From: Octopus bimaculoides
Lineage: Eukaryota
Length of the DNA: 64,000 bases
Assembly (NCBI RefSeq): GCF_001194135.2
Contig: NC_068982.1
Location: 89,356,997 to 89,420,996 of the forward strand
Reading direction: 5' to 3'
Within the stretch, counting starts at the first letter, position 1, and every line of letters starts with the position of its first letter. The notes beneath the pieces were generated by a model. The model was not told the origin of the DNA. It was given only the letters and a program-made list of their open reading frames with translations, and made no database searches. This document shows, in pieces, positions 24,560-37,050 of this stretch. The position numbers and the translations under genes are program-made.

Positions 24560-25530
24560 TCAATGATGTTTACAATTTGTATTCCCATGTTATACCATTA
24601 ACTTGATACAACTTGTCTAATTAGAGCCATTTTATACTACCTGTGGGAAAAAAAGACCAAGTGCAAGGACAGCAGCAAAAGAAATTAATGATGTGGAAGA
24701 CCAAGGAACTGTCACAGAAGAAGCAGTACAAAACTGGCTCACATACTTCAATGTAGGTGACATCAGCCTCGAAGACAAACCAAAGTCAAAGAGACCTTCA
24801 GTTGTGGAAGACGACGCTTTACTTGAAATAGTTAACAAGTACTCCTAAGCACAAGTACTCCTACATTCTCAGGAGAACTTGGTTCTTCAAAAAGCAGTGT
24901 CGAACACCACCACCATAAGATCAACCTTATGAACAGACAATCAACAAATGAACATTTGCAAATAACTGCTGGCAAATCTGCAAGAGTTTGAACAGAAGGT
25001 CATGTGTGTTTGGTGGAATTTCAAGAGGGTGTTCCACTTTAGGCTTGTCCCAGGCAGTCATGCTGTGAACCCTAACTTTTGTGCTCAACAACTGCAGCAA
25101 GTACATGTTGCTTTGAAAGCCCACTGCCTGACGTTGGTCAACTGAACGTGCACACACCTACACCATGACAATGCCCAAGTACACACTGCAAATGCAACCA
25201 ACTGGAGGAAGTTGAGAGACTGGAAGTGCTGCCTCACCCTGACAACAATCCAGATCTTGTACCATCAGGTTACCACTTTTTCAAAAGCATGTTGCTTTTC
25301 CTGAACAGACAGGAGTTCAACAATGTGGATGAAGTTGAAAATGGATACAGAGAGTTTTTTGCCTCTAAACCAGCCAAATGGTATATGAATGGAATTGAGC
25401 TTCAGGAACAATGATGGCAACAGACAATAGAATATGACAGGATATATTTTGATGAATAAATGCTTTCCATGTGTAATTTGTTTGAAATATTAATTAAAGC
25501 TTGAAATATGAAAAAAAACAAAAAAACTTT
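24560..25530 (+). mobile_element. Decayed mariner transposase; approximate
   Basis: WLTYFNVGDISLEDKPKSKRP, HDNAQVH and HPDNNPDLVPSGYHFFKSM resemble mariner WF..F..G..SLED..RSGRP, HDNA.PH and YSPDLAPSDYHLF. Confidence 0.75.
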
Positions 25531-26150
25531 TGACTAAACTTGGTAAATAACAAAAGACATTTAATCCAAGAACTCAGTATCAGTTTTTTTGTTAACTTAT
25601 TCAGAATAGGAGTTTTTACAACAGAACCTGACGGAAGCTACAAACATGTTTTGTGGTGAAAGCAGGCACCAACTAGATGTAAGGAAACATGACAACAGAA
25701 TAAGAATATAGGTAAAAGATAGATGCAGAAAGAGAGTAGGAAAGAATTATATAACTAAGACAAGCTGGGTGACAAGTGTACATAACTTGAAGGGAAGCGA
25801 AAAGCAGGTTTGTTAGTGTTCTGCAATGAGAGTAAGTGGAGTGGAAAGTATTTTGGATTGTGAAGCAGTATGTCAGGGCAAATCTAGATGTAGTTGGGGA
25901 ATAGCACACTTAACCTTACTAATGTTGATAAAGAAGAGGATTAAAAATGTTATAAGAAACTGTGGCATGCAGAAAATATAAGTGAGAGAAAAAAGGAAAT
26001 ACTACCAAGTGTACTTACAGAAGGATTAGCAATTGAATTGGACAGCTTTATGGTTAAAATGGCCATAATGGATATGCTTGGGATGACATAAATATATTTG
26101 TTTAAAACTTAATATATTTTAAAGCTGAAGAAAAATCACATTTAACTTAC

Positions 26151-26234
26151 AGTGTAATCAGATCCCATTGCTAGTACAGCATGGCCTGTGAGGGTAGCAA
26201 TTGTGAAAATATGAGCATTTTTCACACCTTTAGC
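26151..26234 (-). CDS. Aminopeptidase exon 13 (AKGVKNAHIFTIATLTGHAVLAMGSDYT)
   Basis: ctgtacag / gtaagt, 84 nt; ATLTG motif. Confidence 0.95.
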
Positions 26235-26439
26235 CTGTACAGAGAAAGAAATAGAAACACATTTAAGCAACAAATATTCACACATTTGAATAACAAAATA
26301 GTTAGCCATACATTTTGAATATATTTTGATATATAGTATAAGAAGCTAGGCACAGACATGGCCTGGAATAGACACTATTTCTGATTTTGCAGTTTGATGC
26401 ACTGGTGTAAAGATGTCTGCTTAGCTCAAAATGTAATCA

Positions 26440-26940
26440 TGCACCATAGAACTGACCAGGAGAGAAACATGGACTTATCAATTCAAAGAGAGCAACGTAA
26501 AGGAATGGTCTCAAACTTGATGATGGTCATATAAAGGACATTGTCACTGGAAACTGAAGGGGCTTCAAATGAAACAGTATATCTGATGTCATGAATGGAA
26601 AAAACTTCTCCTTTGACACAACCCGTCATAATGATGGCTTCAATCACATAGAGCATAAGAGCTTTGACCATTATAGAGTTTGGGGGCATCCAAATTTCAT
26701 AATGTGTGTGCTCCTACTTTCAGTTGCAGATTGTGAGGTTAGATACTTGTGGGTTGAAAAGAACTGAGAAATTATATTGGAAAGCAAGCAGCATTCATGA
26801 TGTCAATTACATTTCGAACTCAATTGTATCATCAACCCGGCAAGTATCTGTTAAATGAGAGTGACATGATTATCCTTCACAATATCATTTTTGGGAGCCA
26901 GGACAGCACATTGACAAAGCCACTTGTGTTTATAATAATT
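26440..26940 (-). mobile_element. Helitron Pif1-like helicase C-terminal fragment, decayed; approximate
   Basis: VKALMLYVIEAIIMTGCVKGEVF resembles VKKLMPNVIEATILTGC.KGE.V; MTIIK resembles MTINK. Confidence 0.55.
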
Positions 26941-27021
26941 CTGTGAGAAGCTAAGAAACTTTCAGTAGCATTTCTTCAGATGTGTCAATGACTGATGAAC
27001 AATATCTTGGTATTTTGACAT

Positions 27022-27350
27022 CTCATGGCTCAGTGGTTAGAGTGTCAGACTTATAGTCGTGAAGTTGTTGGTTCGATTCCCAGACCAGGATGTGTGTTCT
27101 TGAGCAAGACATTTTATTTCATGTTGCTCCAATTTACTCAACTGTAGAAGTGAGTTGCAATGTCACTGGTACCAAGCTGTATCGGTCTATGCTTTTCTCT
27201 TGGACAACATCAGTGGCATGGAGAGGGGAGGCTGGTATGCAATGGGTGACTGCTGGTCTTCCATAAACAACCCTGCCCAGACATGTGCCTCGGAGGGGAA
27301 CCTTTTAGGTGCAATCCCATGGTCATTTGTGACTGAAGGGGGTCTTTAAC
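27022..27350 (+). mobile_element. tRNA-derived SINE family 4; approximate
   Basis: tggctcagtggttagagtg...ggttcgattccc head; inverse copy at ~45250-45575. Confidence 0.7.
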
Positions 27351-27737
27351 CTTTTGACATTTCTACTGACTTAATAATATGTTATAATTCCTGAGTGTAC
27401 TGATTTCATTTTGTGGTATCACAAGTTCCTTTAGGAAGGGCATGAAAACCGTCATACATCTTAATCTTTTGACACCAGACCACCTCTGGTTCTATGATAC
27501 ACAACTGTTCTGTCATGATAATACTATATAACACAGGGCCAAAAGTGCAATTTCCTTTCCTTTTTTCATTAATTTCCTTTTTTTAAGGTTATAAGCATTT
27601 CAACCCTAAACAAGTGATCCTATTATAAAATGTGCAAGCTCAATCAACACAAGACAATTACTCACAGATTTGGAGCCATGCTTTCAATATGTTCACCAGC
27701 ATTCTGGTCTATGATCAAAACAAGAATAATTACAAAC

Positions 27738-27856
27738 CTGTTCTTTCATGTAACACAACAAATCAGCCATCACCATTCTTCCTTCAGCATCAGTGTTACC
27801 AACACGAACCCTGACATTGGAGCGAGAGGTAACGATCTCATCGGCAACATAGCCAT
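27738..27856 (-). CDS. Aminopeptidase exon 12 (DGYVADEIVTSRSNVRVRVGNTDAEGRMVMADLLCYMKEQ)
   Basis: ttttatag / gtttgt, 119 nt; NTDAEGR is the M17 signature. Confidence 0.97.
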
Positions 27857-29800
27857 CTATAAAAGAATTGAAAGAATACATTAGGAAAATAGCCAATAAA
27901 ACAGTTATGAGCATCAGCATCAGCATTTAATGCCCATTTTCAATGCTGGAATGGGTTAGATGGTTTGACTGGAGCTGGCAAGCCAGAGTGCTGCCCCAAG
28001 ATCCAGTCATCTGTTTTGGCTTCGTTTTTACAGCTGGATGCCCTTCCTAATGCCAACCACATTACAGAGTGTACTGGGTGCCATTTACAAGTCACCAGCA
28101 CTGGTCACAATTTCACTTAGCTTGATGTGTCTTCCCAAACACAGTGTCACCAGAAGTCTTGGTCACTTGTCACCACCTCCATGAAACTTGCAATATATAT
28201 ATTAAATAAATGCATATTTGTTACACTTTATTATACTCATAAAACAGGAATGTATGTCTATGTAGTTGTAGATCCACCAAATTTCCCTTAAACTATACAA
28301 TGAAGAGCACAGGTCTATAAATCTTAAAAGATATCATATTCTCTCCAGCCAAAAAAAAAGTCAAATTACAGATCAGTGAAGAAGCATTTAAATAATTGCC
28401 TTACTGTCTTAGAAGCAGACACTGAATAATGTAGTCCTAGATACACTATTTCAGAATAAAAGATGGATGGTCATAACTGAACAATATTTGATTAAACAGA
28501 ATTAAAAAAAAAGACTATAAAATTAAGAAAATTGATCAGAAAACCTTAATAAAAAGGCACTAAAATTCAATGTAATAATAATAATCTTTAAATTTGTAAT
28601 GTTATTTTAAATACTACATGTCTATCTTTTTGTCTGTTTCCTACAAATTCGATTATTCACAAAATTAGATTTTAAAGTGTAAGAAATTGTTTCACAACTA
28701 GATGCTCTTCCAAATAAAATGAGAGATTATTAAGAAAGTTAAATAAACAGTAACAAATAAATTGAACCTCACTAAAAGATGCAACAAACTGAATTTGGCT
28801 GGACAATGTGATCAGATGCCTAGCAGTTCACCATCATTTAATGTCCACTCTCCATGCTGGAATCTGATTTAGTATGGTTTCTATCCAGTCTGAGGATGTA
28901 ATGGGTGCTTTACATGTGCCATTAGCATGGGTGTCATTTACATGAAACCAGCAACAGCACAGCTACAATTCCACATATACCATTCGCAGGACGCTAGCAA
29001 CAACATGACTATGATTTCACTTGGCTTGATGAGTCTTCTCAAGCACAACATATTGCAAAAGGTCTTGGTCACCTGTCATTGCCTCCATGAGTCCCCAACA
29101 TCTGAAGATCACACTACCAGTAATGGCCACGGTTACTATTCATGGATGCCATTCACATGACACTGGCAACGGCCATGACTAAGACTTCACTTGGCTTGAT
29201 GAGTCTTCTCAAGCACAGCATATTACCAAAGGTCTCAGTCACTTGTCATCACCTCCGTTAGACCCAACATTCAAAGACCGTGCTTCACCATCTTGTCCTA
29301 TGTCTTTCTGGGTAAAAGCATAAAACTCTGAAGGAAAAACAAGCTATTGATATACGTATGAGCCACTGGAGAGCTTCTATATAAACAGGTGACTTGCTAA
29401 AACTAGTATGCAAATATCTAGCAAATCACACCTGACTGACTTTAAAGAGGACAGATACACTGGATACATGCCCTAGATACATCATACTTGAAAAAGAAAA
29501 ATGGGATGGCCATGAGTGGAATACCTTTAATTGTAGGTTTCCCAGATCAGGAACCAAACATAAACTTATATAGTTCCAAAAGATATAAATAAAAGGTAAT
29601 AATCGTTTTGGTGGATCTAAAATGTGATGCTCATGCTTTCGTCAAAAGCTCTGAGAAGTGAAATGTCAGCAACTCAGCTAAATATTGAGAAAAAATTTTG
29701 CTGCCACCACCACCGATGACAACAAAAATAGTTGATATTCATCAATCACTACGTTAATAACAAGTTAGTCAATTTTGCTAACCAATTCTGTGCAAATATA

Positions 29801-30671
29801 CAGTGTCTCAAAAGTCACTGATGGGTTTCCAATTTTTAATAACTTCCTTAACTTTACGAATAAATGCATGAAATTTAGATATAATATAAAGGACATAATC
29901 AAAATTAATATGCACAAGTCAAATTTTGCAACACCACTACATCATATGTGAAAAATGACATCGTTTAAACGGCAGCCATTTTCAGCTTCATATGCCCGTG
30001 CTCTTTCCAAAACTTGCACAATAACACCCTCAAGGGTTTCAGACCCCTCTTCTGACTTCTTTATTGATGTTCTCCTTCAGTTTGTTGACGTAAAACCCTC
30101 TCTTTCAGGTATCCCCACAAGAGAAAATCAAGGCAAGTCAAATCTGGGGAACATGAAGGCCAGTTAATATTGCTGTAGCAGGAGATTATCCTCTCTCCAA
30201 AGCAATGGTGTAGGAACAGCATTGTTTCTCTTGCAGTATGAGCAGTTGCCCCATCTTGCTGGAACCCTTTTGTGAGATCTACTTCGAATGGCCTTCACAT
30301 TCCCTAGACTTGACTAACCCAGATTTTTTCTTGTGGAAATACCTGAAAGAGAGGGTTTACATCAACAAACCGGAGACCCTGGTGCAACAAAGAGAACATC
30401 AGTAGAGAAATCATAGAAGTGGGGTCTGAAAAAACTCTTGAGAGTGTTATGGTGCAAGTTTTGGAAAGAGTACAGGCATGCAAAGCCAAAAATGGTTGCA
30501 ATTTAAGCGATATCATTTTTCATATGTGATGCAGTGGTGTTGCAAAATTTGACTTGTGCATATTCATTTCCATTATATCCTTTCTATTGTATCAAAATTT
30601 CATGCATTTATTTGTAAAGTTAAGGAAGTTATTAAAAATTAAAACCCATCAGTGACTTTTGGGACACCCTG
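29801..30671. mobile_element. Foldback non-autonomous Tc1/mariner derivative of DD41D type with ~360-380 bp inverted arms and TA TSD
   Basis: TA|CAGTGTCTCAAAAGTCACTGATGGG ... CCCATCAGTGACTTTTGGGACACCCTG|TA; minus strand reads QQDGATAH...WPSCSPDLTCLDFLLWGYLK with 41 residues between the two catalytic Asp. Confidence 0.85.
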
Positions 30672-30748
30672 TAGAAGCAAAAATAACAGATAACATTGAC
30701 TGATAAAAGTGAGAAACAGACAGACAGCCAACTAGCCAGACAGCTTAC

Positions 30749-30824
30749 CTGGTCCAACACTATTTCGTACCATAGACATGGATCCTGTTACTTTTATGCC
30801 TTTAGGTTTCAAAATGGATAACAC
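30749..30824 (-). CDS. Aminopeptidase exon 11 (VLSILKPKGIKVTGSMSMVRNSVGP)
   Basis: cactgcag / gtaagc, 76 nt. Confidence 0.93.
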
Positions 30825-31104
30825 CTGCAGTGAAAGACAGATTACACAATTATATGTAAATTCGAAAGGGGAGTTAGAGACACTTATTACACACCACAAT
30901 CAATCTTCAAAAGCACTCACTCGGTTTGGTTCAGCACAGCCAAGAATGATGCTCCACCTGCTTTGCCCAACAGAGTTTGACCCAAAGTTCACCCAAATGC
31001 ACACAGCCCAGATAGGGATTCAACTCACCCAATAACACTCCACACACACACACTGTGGACAACCTTAACAGCCACTACAATAACAATGAAAATAAATTTC
31101 TTAC

Positions 31105-31209
31105 CTTAAAGAACCCAGCTACTGCTGCTGCTCCACATTTATCACGGTGCATACCAGCCATATGGCCACCAGCTTTGATATCGTGGCCACCGGTGTCATA
31201 AGTGATACC
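31105..31209 (-). CDS. Aminopeptidase exon 10 (GITYDTGGHDIKAGGHMAGMHRDKCGAAAVAGFFK)
   Basis: ttatgcag / gtaaga, 105 nt; KGITYDTGG-x-DIK and the D of RDKCG are M17 active-site residues. Confidence 0.96.
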
Positions 31210-31264
31210 CTGCATAAGCACAAAAATAAAGTTAAAAAATATTTGATCACATTAATAATCTTTT

Positions 31265-31472
31265 CTACAATAGGTACAAGGCCTGAAATTTCACAGGAGT
31301 GGTTAAGTTGATCACATCAACCCCAGTATTTCACTGGCACTTAATTTATCAACCGTGAAAGATTGAAAGGCAAGGTCGATCTCGGTGGAGTTTGAACTCA
31401 GAACATAGCAGCAGACGAAACACCGCTAAGCATTTTGCCTGGCATGCTAACGATTCTGTCAGTTTGCTGCCT
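31265..31472 (-). mobile_element. SINE family 2 copy; approximate
   Basis: homology. Confidence 0.75.
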
Positions 31473-31489
31473 TAATAATAATAATAATC

Positions 31490-32445
31490 CTCATCATCAT
31501 TTAACATCCGTTTTCCATGCTGACATGGATTGGATGGTTCGACTGGGGTCTGGGAAGCCAGGAGGCTGCACCAGGCTCCAGACTGATCTGGCAGTGTTTC
31601 TACAGCTGGATGCGCTTCCTAATGCCAGCCATTCTGAGAATATAGTGGGTGTTTTTACATGCCACAGGCACAGGGGCCAGAGGAGGCTGGCAACGACCAC
31701 GATTGGTTGGTGCTTTTTAGGTGCCACCGTCACAGAAGCCAGTCAAGGTGGCACTGGCATCCACGTACAGATGGTGCTTTTTACATGCCACCAGCACAGG
31801 GATCACAACTACAATTTCCATTTGATGTTGATGTACTTGACTCAATAGGTCTCCTCAAGCACAGCNNNNNNNNNNATTTGATGTTGATGTACTTGACTCA
31901 ATAGGTCTCCTCAAGCACAGCATGTCGCCCTACAATCCAAGGTACTTTTGAGTGGGCTGGGGCTGGTTATGTAACACTGGTGTAGGAACTCACTTTATTT
32001 GCTGGGTCTTCGCAGTCAGAGCATATCTTCAGAGGTCTCGGTCTTTTGTCATTGCCTCTATGAAGCCCAACGTTTGAAGGTCACGCTTCACCACCTCATC
32101 CCATGTCTTCCTGGGTCTATGTCTACCCCAGATTCCTTCAACTGTTTGGGAGTGACACTTCTTCACACAGCTCTCCTCATCCATCCATAGTACATGACCA
32201 CACCAGTGCAAACGTCTCTCTTGCATGCCATATCCGATGCTTCTTATGTCCAACATTTCTCTCAGGGCACTTACACTCTGTCGTGTGCGCAGCCTGACAT
32301 TACACATCCAGCGAATGATGCTAGCTTCATTTCTTTTGAGCCTACACGCCTTCAGCAGTCATGACCCATGTTTCACTGCCAAGAAGCATGGCAGTTTGCA
32401 CGCATGCATTGTACAATCTACCTTTCACTCTGAGCGAGAGGCCCT
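31490..32445 (-). mobile_element. RTE LINE 3' fragment containing a small gap; approximate
   Basis: MCNVRLRTRQSVSALREMLDIRSIGYGMQERRLHWCGHV...GRHRPRKTWDEVV. Confidence 0.85.
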
Positions 32446-32464
32446 ATAATAATTATAACCCTAT

Positions 32465-32671
32465 CTACTATAGGCACAAGGCCTAGATTTTCTGGAGATG
32501 GGAAGTCATTCACATCAACCTCAGTACTCAGCTGCTATTTAATTTTTCAACCCCAAAAGGATGAAAGGCAAAGTTGACCCCTCAGCAGAATTTGAACTCA
32601 GAACGTAGCAGCAGCCAAAATTCTGCTAAACATTTCACCCAGTGTGCTAACGATTTTGCCAGCTCACAGCC

Positions 32672-32723
<52 letters not shown>

Positions 32724-32748
32724 TAATAATAATAATAATAATAAGAAC

Positions 32749-32790
<42 letters not shown>
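32465..32790 (-). mobile_element. SINE family 2 copy followed by a long (AAT)n tract; approximate
   Basis: homology plus microsatellite. Confidence 0.75.
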
Positions 32791-33625
32791 TTTTAACATA
32801 GAAACAAGACCACAACTTTTGTGGGCCAAGTGTATAGATGAGTAAATAAAAGCCTTGATTTGTAGGCAGAAAACTATCAATCAGAGCTCTGAATTCAAAT
32901 TTCACTTACATTGAATTTGCCTTTCATCCATTCAGGTTTAATCAATAAAGAGAAAGTACTCATAAAAGGACTAGTAGATTTCTAATATCTAATAAGTACT
33001 TTACCAGTGGGAGTTCAAATATCAATTAGGTTGGTGGGACTAAATAAAATTAGTATTTAATTACAATGTTGTAATCAAAATCCCAACAAGGTGATATTTG
33101 CATTTTAAAGTTTGGTTGGGGTCAATAAAATTAAGCAGGTCTTTCTTTCTTTGTTTGTTAGGGGCTCCTCAGAGTGGTAGAGAAAGGTTTAGTGTGACCC
33201 TGATGTGGACACTCCCTTCTTAGTCTTTTCAAGGCTATTGATTCTGAGAGAGTAAGAAAGAAAAGAAAAAGAGAAAGGTGGCACTAACACTAGTGATACA
33301 GATCAAATTGGCTATCAAATCTCACATACAACCATAATGTATAATGGTGATTTCTTCCATGGGTGTGTATACAGTAATACCTGGATATAAAAGTTAATTT
33401 GTTTCCAGAGACCACTTATAAAGCAAAATCTCATAAAGCAGAGCAATAATTTCTCATAGTAGCAATGTTATTAATCATAAGTCATTCCCAGAAAACTATT
33501 TTACCTATAAAATTTATAACACTCATAAATAAATGGCAATAAAACAACAGTAGAATGTAGAGAATATTTTATCTAAAGTAAAAAGAATGTCAAGATCATT
33601 TATAATAAAAAACATTATTATAATC

Positions 33626-33894
33626 CAGTTCTATATTTAAGAGATGAGGAATTATGTACATTATTTACATTTGATGGATATTTGTCCTCATCTTGCTTGT
33701 TGTTAAAACAACGTTTTGGCCGATATACCCTCCAGCCTTCATCAGGTGTCTTGGGGAAATTTCGAACCTGGGTTCTCATTCCTAAGGTGTTATTATTATT
33801 ATTAAGGCCACTGCTTGGAATCGAACTTGGAATCTTGGGGTTAAGAGTGCAGGCTTACTAACCCCAAGATTGCAAGTTCGATTCCAAGCAGTGA

Positions 33895-33947
<53 letters not shown>

Positions 33948-34121
33948 CAACAACAGCAGCAACAGCAACAGCAACAACAACAACAACAACACTTTAGGAA
34001 TGAGAACCCAGGTTCGAAATTTCCCCAAGACACCTGATGAAGGCTGGCGGGTATATCAGCCAAAATGTTGTGTTAACAACAAACAAGATGAGGACAAATA
34101 TCTGTCAAATGTAAATAATGT
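33626..34121. mobile_element. Inverted tRNA-headed, hammerhead-bearing retroelement, copy B
   Basis: inverted arms; hammerhead motifs ~33705-33750 (-) and ~34029-34074 (+); 12-bp TSD ATTATT(A/G)TAATC. Confidence 0.8.
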
Positions 34122-34703
34122 ATTATTGTAATCATGTTCTGAATCACTTTCACTCACACTAGACACCATCACTTGTAGACACAATCACCAATTCACAAGC
34201 ACTTGTAAACGGACTAGTAGATTTCTTTTTAAAAAACATGTCTAGAGTTGTTTGCTTAGAAGCTTTTATTCCATTGCTATGTGCAGCTGTGTAGACATGT
34301 CATAACCAGTGTTGCCACATGTTGCGATGTTGCTACACACACACACAAAATGGCTGTTTAATCTTATGTCTATTGTAAAATAAAACTTGTAAACCCGGGG
34401 TCTCGTAAAGTGAGGCGTTACTGTATCTATTTGTGTATGTATATATGGTTCGAGACAAGCATGTGAAGAACAGTCTTAATTGTGGCAGTCAAATTCAATA
34501 ATTGTGGCAACCTACTGCATAGAAACAGCTGCTTTTTATGCTATATTTTTGGGCTTCTTTACATTTTTGTTTAGCTTGTCATGCAAACTTCAACCATAAT
34601 TTGGGAGCACTGTAAAGCTTATTTCATAGAAATAGTGGTACAAATAAATTCCAAACTAAAGTATTTGGCAACACAACTGCTAATAATGAAATAATAAAAA
34701 TAC

Positions 34704-34789
34704 CTTTCCAACAAGATAGACATTTTCTTCAGTAGACCCACTGCCAGTGTATTCCAATAGGAGGACTCTCGCTGCATGACGCTCCAAAT
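34704..34789 (-). CDS. Aminopeptidase exon 9 (NLERHAARVLLLEYTGSGSTEENVYLVGK)
   Basis: ttttaag / gtattt, 86 nt; ends in LVGK, carrying the metal-ligand Lys. Confidence 0.93.
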
Positions 34790-35024
34790 CTTAAAAGACA
34801 TAAAAATACTATTTTAAATGAACATTGGCATAAGAATAGAAATCTTGCAAAAAGAATTTGTACATAGGCACAGGCATGGCTGTGTGGCAAGAAGCTTGCT
34901 TCCCAACCAAATGGTTCTGGGTTCAGTCCCACTGTGTGGCACCTTGAGCAAGTGTCTTCTGCTATAGCATCAGGCTGATCAAAACCGTGAGTGGATTTGG
35001 TAGATGGAAACTCAAAGAAGCCCA

Positions 35025-37050
35025 TCATCATCATCATCATCGTCGTTTAACGTCCACTTTCCATGCTGGCATGGGTTGGATGGTTTGACTGAGCACTGGC
35101 AAGCCAGAAGGCTGCACCAGGCTCCAGTCTAATCTGGCAAGGTTTCTACAGCTTGATGCCCTTCCTAACACCAACCATTCGAAGAGTGTAGTGGGTGCTT
35201 TTTACATGTCACCAGCACAGGAGCCAATTAGGCAGCACTGGTAATGACCACGCTTGAATGGTGCTTTTTATGTGCCACCGGCATGAGTGCCAACTAGGTG
35301 GGACTGGCGTCGGCCATGACAACGACTTCACTTGACTCAACAGGTCTTCACAAGCACAGTTTATTGTCCAATGATTGAAAGGTGCTCTTAAATGGGCCAG
35401 TTATGCTGCACTGGCATAGGCCAAAGTTATGGTCTGACTTGGCCTACGGGGGCTTCTTATGTTCAACTTTTCTCTCAGGGCGCTAACACTCTGTTGTGTA
35501 TGCACACTGACATTACACATCTAACTGAACATACTAACTTCATTTCTTGCAAGCCTATGCATGTCCTCAGTGGTCAAGGCCCATGTTTCACTGCCATGTA
35601 GCATGGCTGTTCGCACACATGCATCATACAGTCTACCTTTTATTCTGAGTGAGAGGCCCTTTGTCATTAACAGAGGTAGAAGCTCTCTGAACTTTACCCA
35701 GGTTATTCTTATTCTACCAGCTACACTCTCAGAGCATCCACCCACACTACTGACTAGGTAACAGAAGCTATCAACTACTTCTAGTTTTTTCCCCGGCATA
35801 TGACAGAAGCTGTTTTCTGCACATTTTCAGTGTTTATTGCCCCTGAGCATTTGCCACACACAAAAACTATCTTCCCAGTTAGCCTTCCTTTGATATTGCT
35901 GCATCTTTTATGTGTCCATAGCCTACACCGGGTACATCTTACGGAGAATCTACCTACACCTCTTCTACAGATTGAGCAGGGCCATCTACCTGAAGGGATT
36001 TGTGATTTGTCTACCTTCCTACTTATTAAGACTTTGGTTTTTGCTAGACTGACTCTAAGGCTCTTTGATTCTAGACCTTGCTTCCACACCTGAAACTCTA
36101 GTTCTGATAGTGACTCACATATTAGAGCAAGGTCATCAGTATAGAGAAGCTCCCAGGGGCATCCTGTCTTGAATTTCTCTGTTATTGCCTGCAGGACTAT
36201 GATGAATAAGAGGAGGCAGAGGACTGATCCTTGGAGGGCCCCTGACGCGGAATTCTTCACTATACTCGTTGCCAACCCTCACCTTACTGACAGCATCCCT
36301 ATACATGGCATGTACAGCTCTCACTAACCACTCATTTATCCCTAGTTTCTGCATTGACCACCAGATAAGGGATCAGGGGACCCTGTCAAAGGCTTTCTCC
36401 ATGTCAACGAAAACCAGGTACAGAGGCTTATCTTTGGCTATGTATTTCTCCTGCAGCTATCTTACCAGAAATATAGCATCAGTGGTGCTTTTCCTTAGCA
36501 CAAACCCAAACTGCATCTCGTCTCAACTAACTCATTCCCTAATTTGTTGGGCTATGACTCTCTCTCCATGACCTTCATTACCTGGTCCAACAACTTGATA
36601 CCTCTGTAATTATTCGTATCTAATGCATCACCTTTACCTTTGTAGCAGTTGACTATCGTGCTGCTACACCAGTCATAGATTATGATTCCTTCATGTATCA
36701 CTTGATTGATTATACAGGTGACTAGACTATAGCTGACACCGCCAGATATTTTAAGCATCTCAGCAGTGATTCCTGATGCACCAGGGGCTTTCTCTGTCTT
36801 CATACCCTTAACTGCTTTACCTACCAAGGTACAGTCAATTCGGATAGCTGGTCCCTCTGTTGGGTCGACATTCAGCAAACTCTCTTTCTCCCATTCATTC
36901 TCTTCATTTAGCAATCTTCCATAGTGGCATCTCCAACTCTCTCTCTTTGCAACCTCATTAAATGCAAGTGAGCCATCATCTATGCATACACATTTCTCTC
37001 CTATGACATCACTTTTCTCTCTCACACACTGTCTTGCAACACAAAACAAA
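35025..37050 (-). mobile_element. RTE LINE, 5'-truncated: RT domain with a PHD-like zinc finger, decayed; approximate
   Basis: KAPGASGITAEMLK, YKGKGDALDTNNYRGIKLLD, LQGSVLCLLLFIIV, LLYTDDLAL, MLHGSETW. Confidence 0.92.

Noticed and set aside
31820-31925. Direct repeat flanking a 10-N gap
   Set aside because: The same ~46 nt on both sides of a placeholder gap indicates unmerged contig overlap
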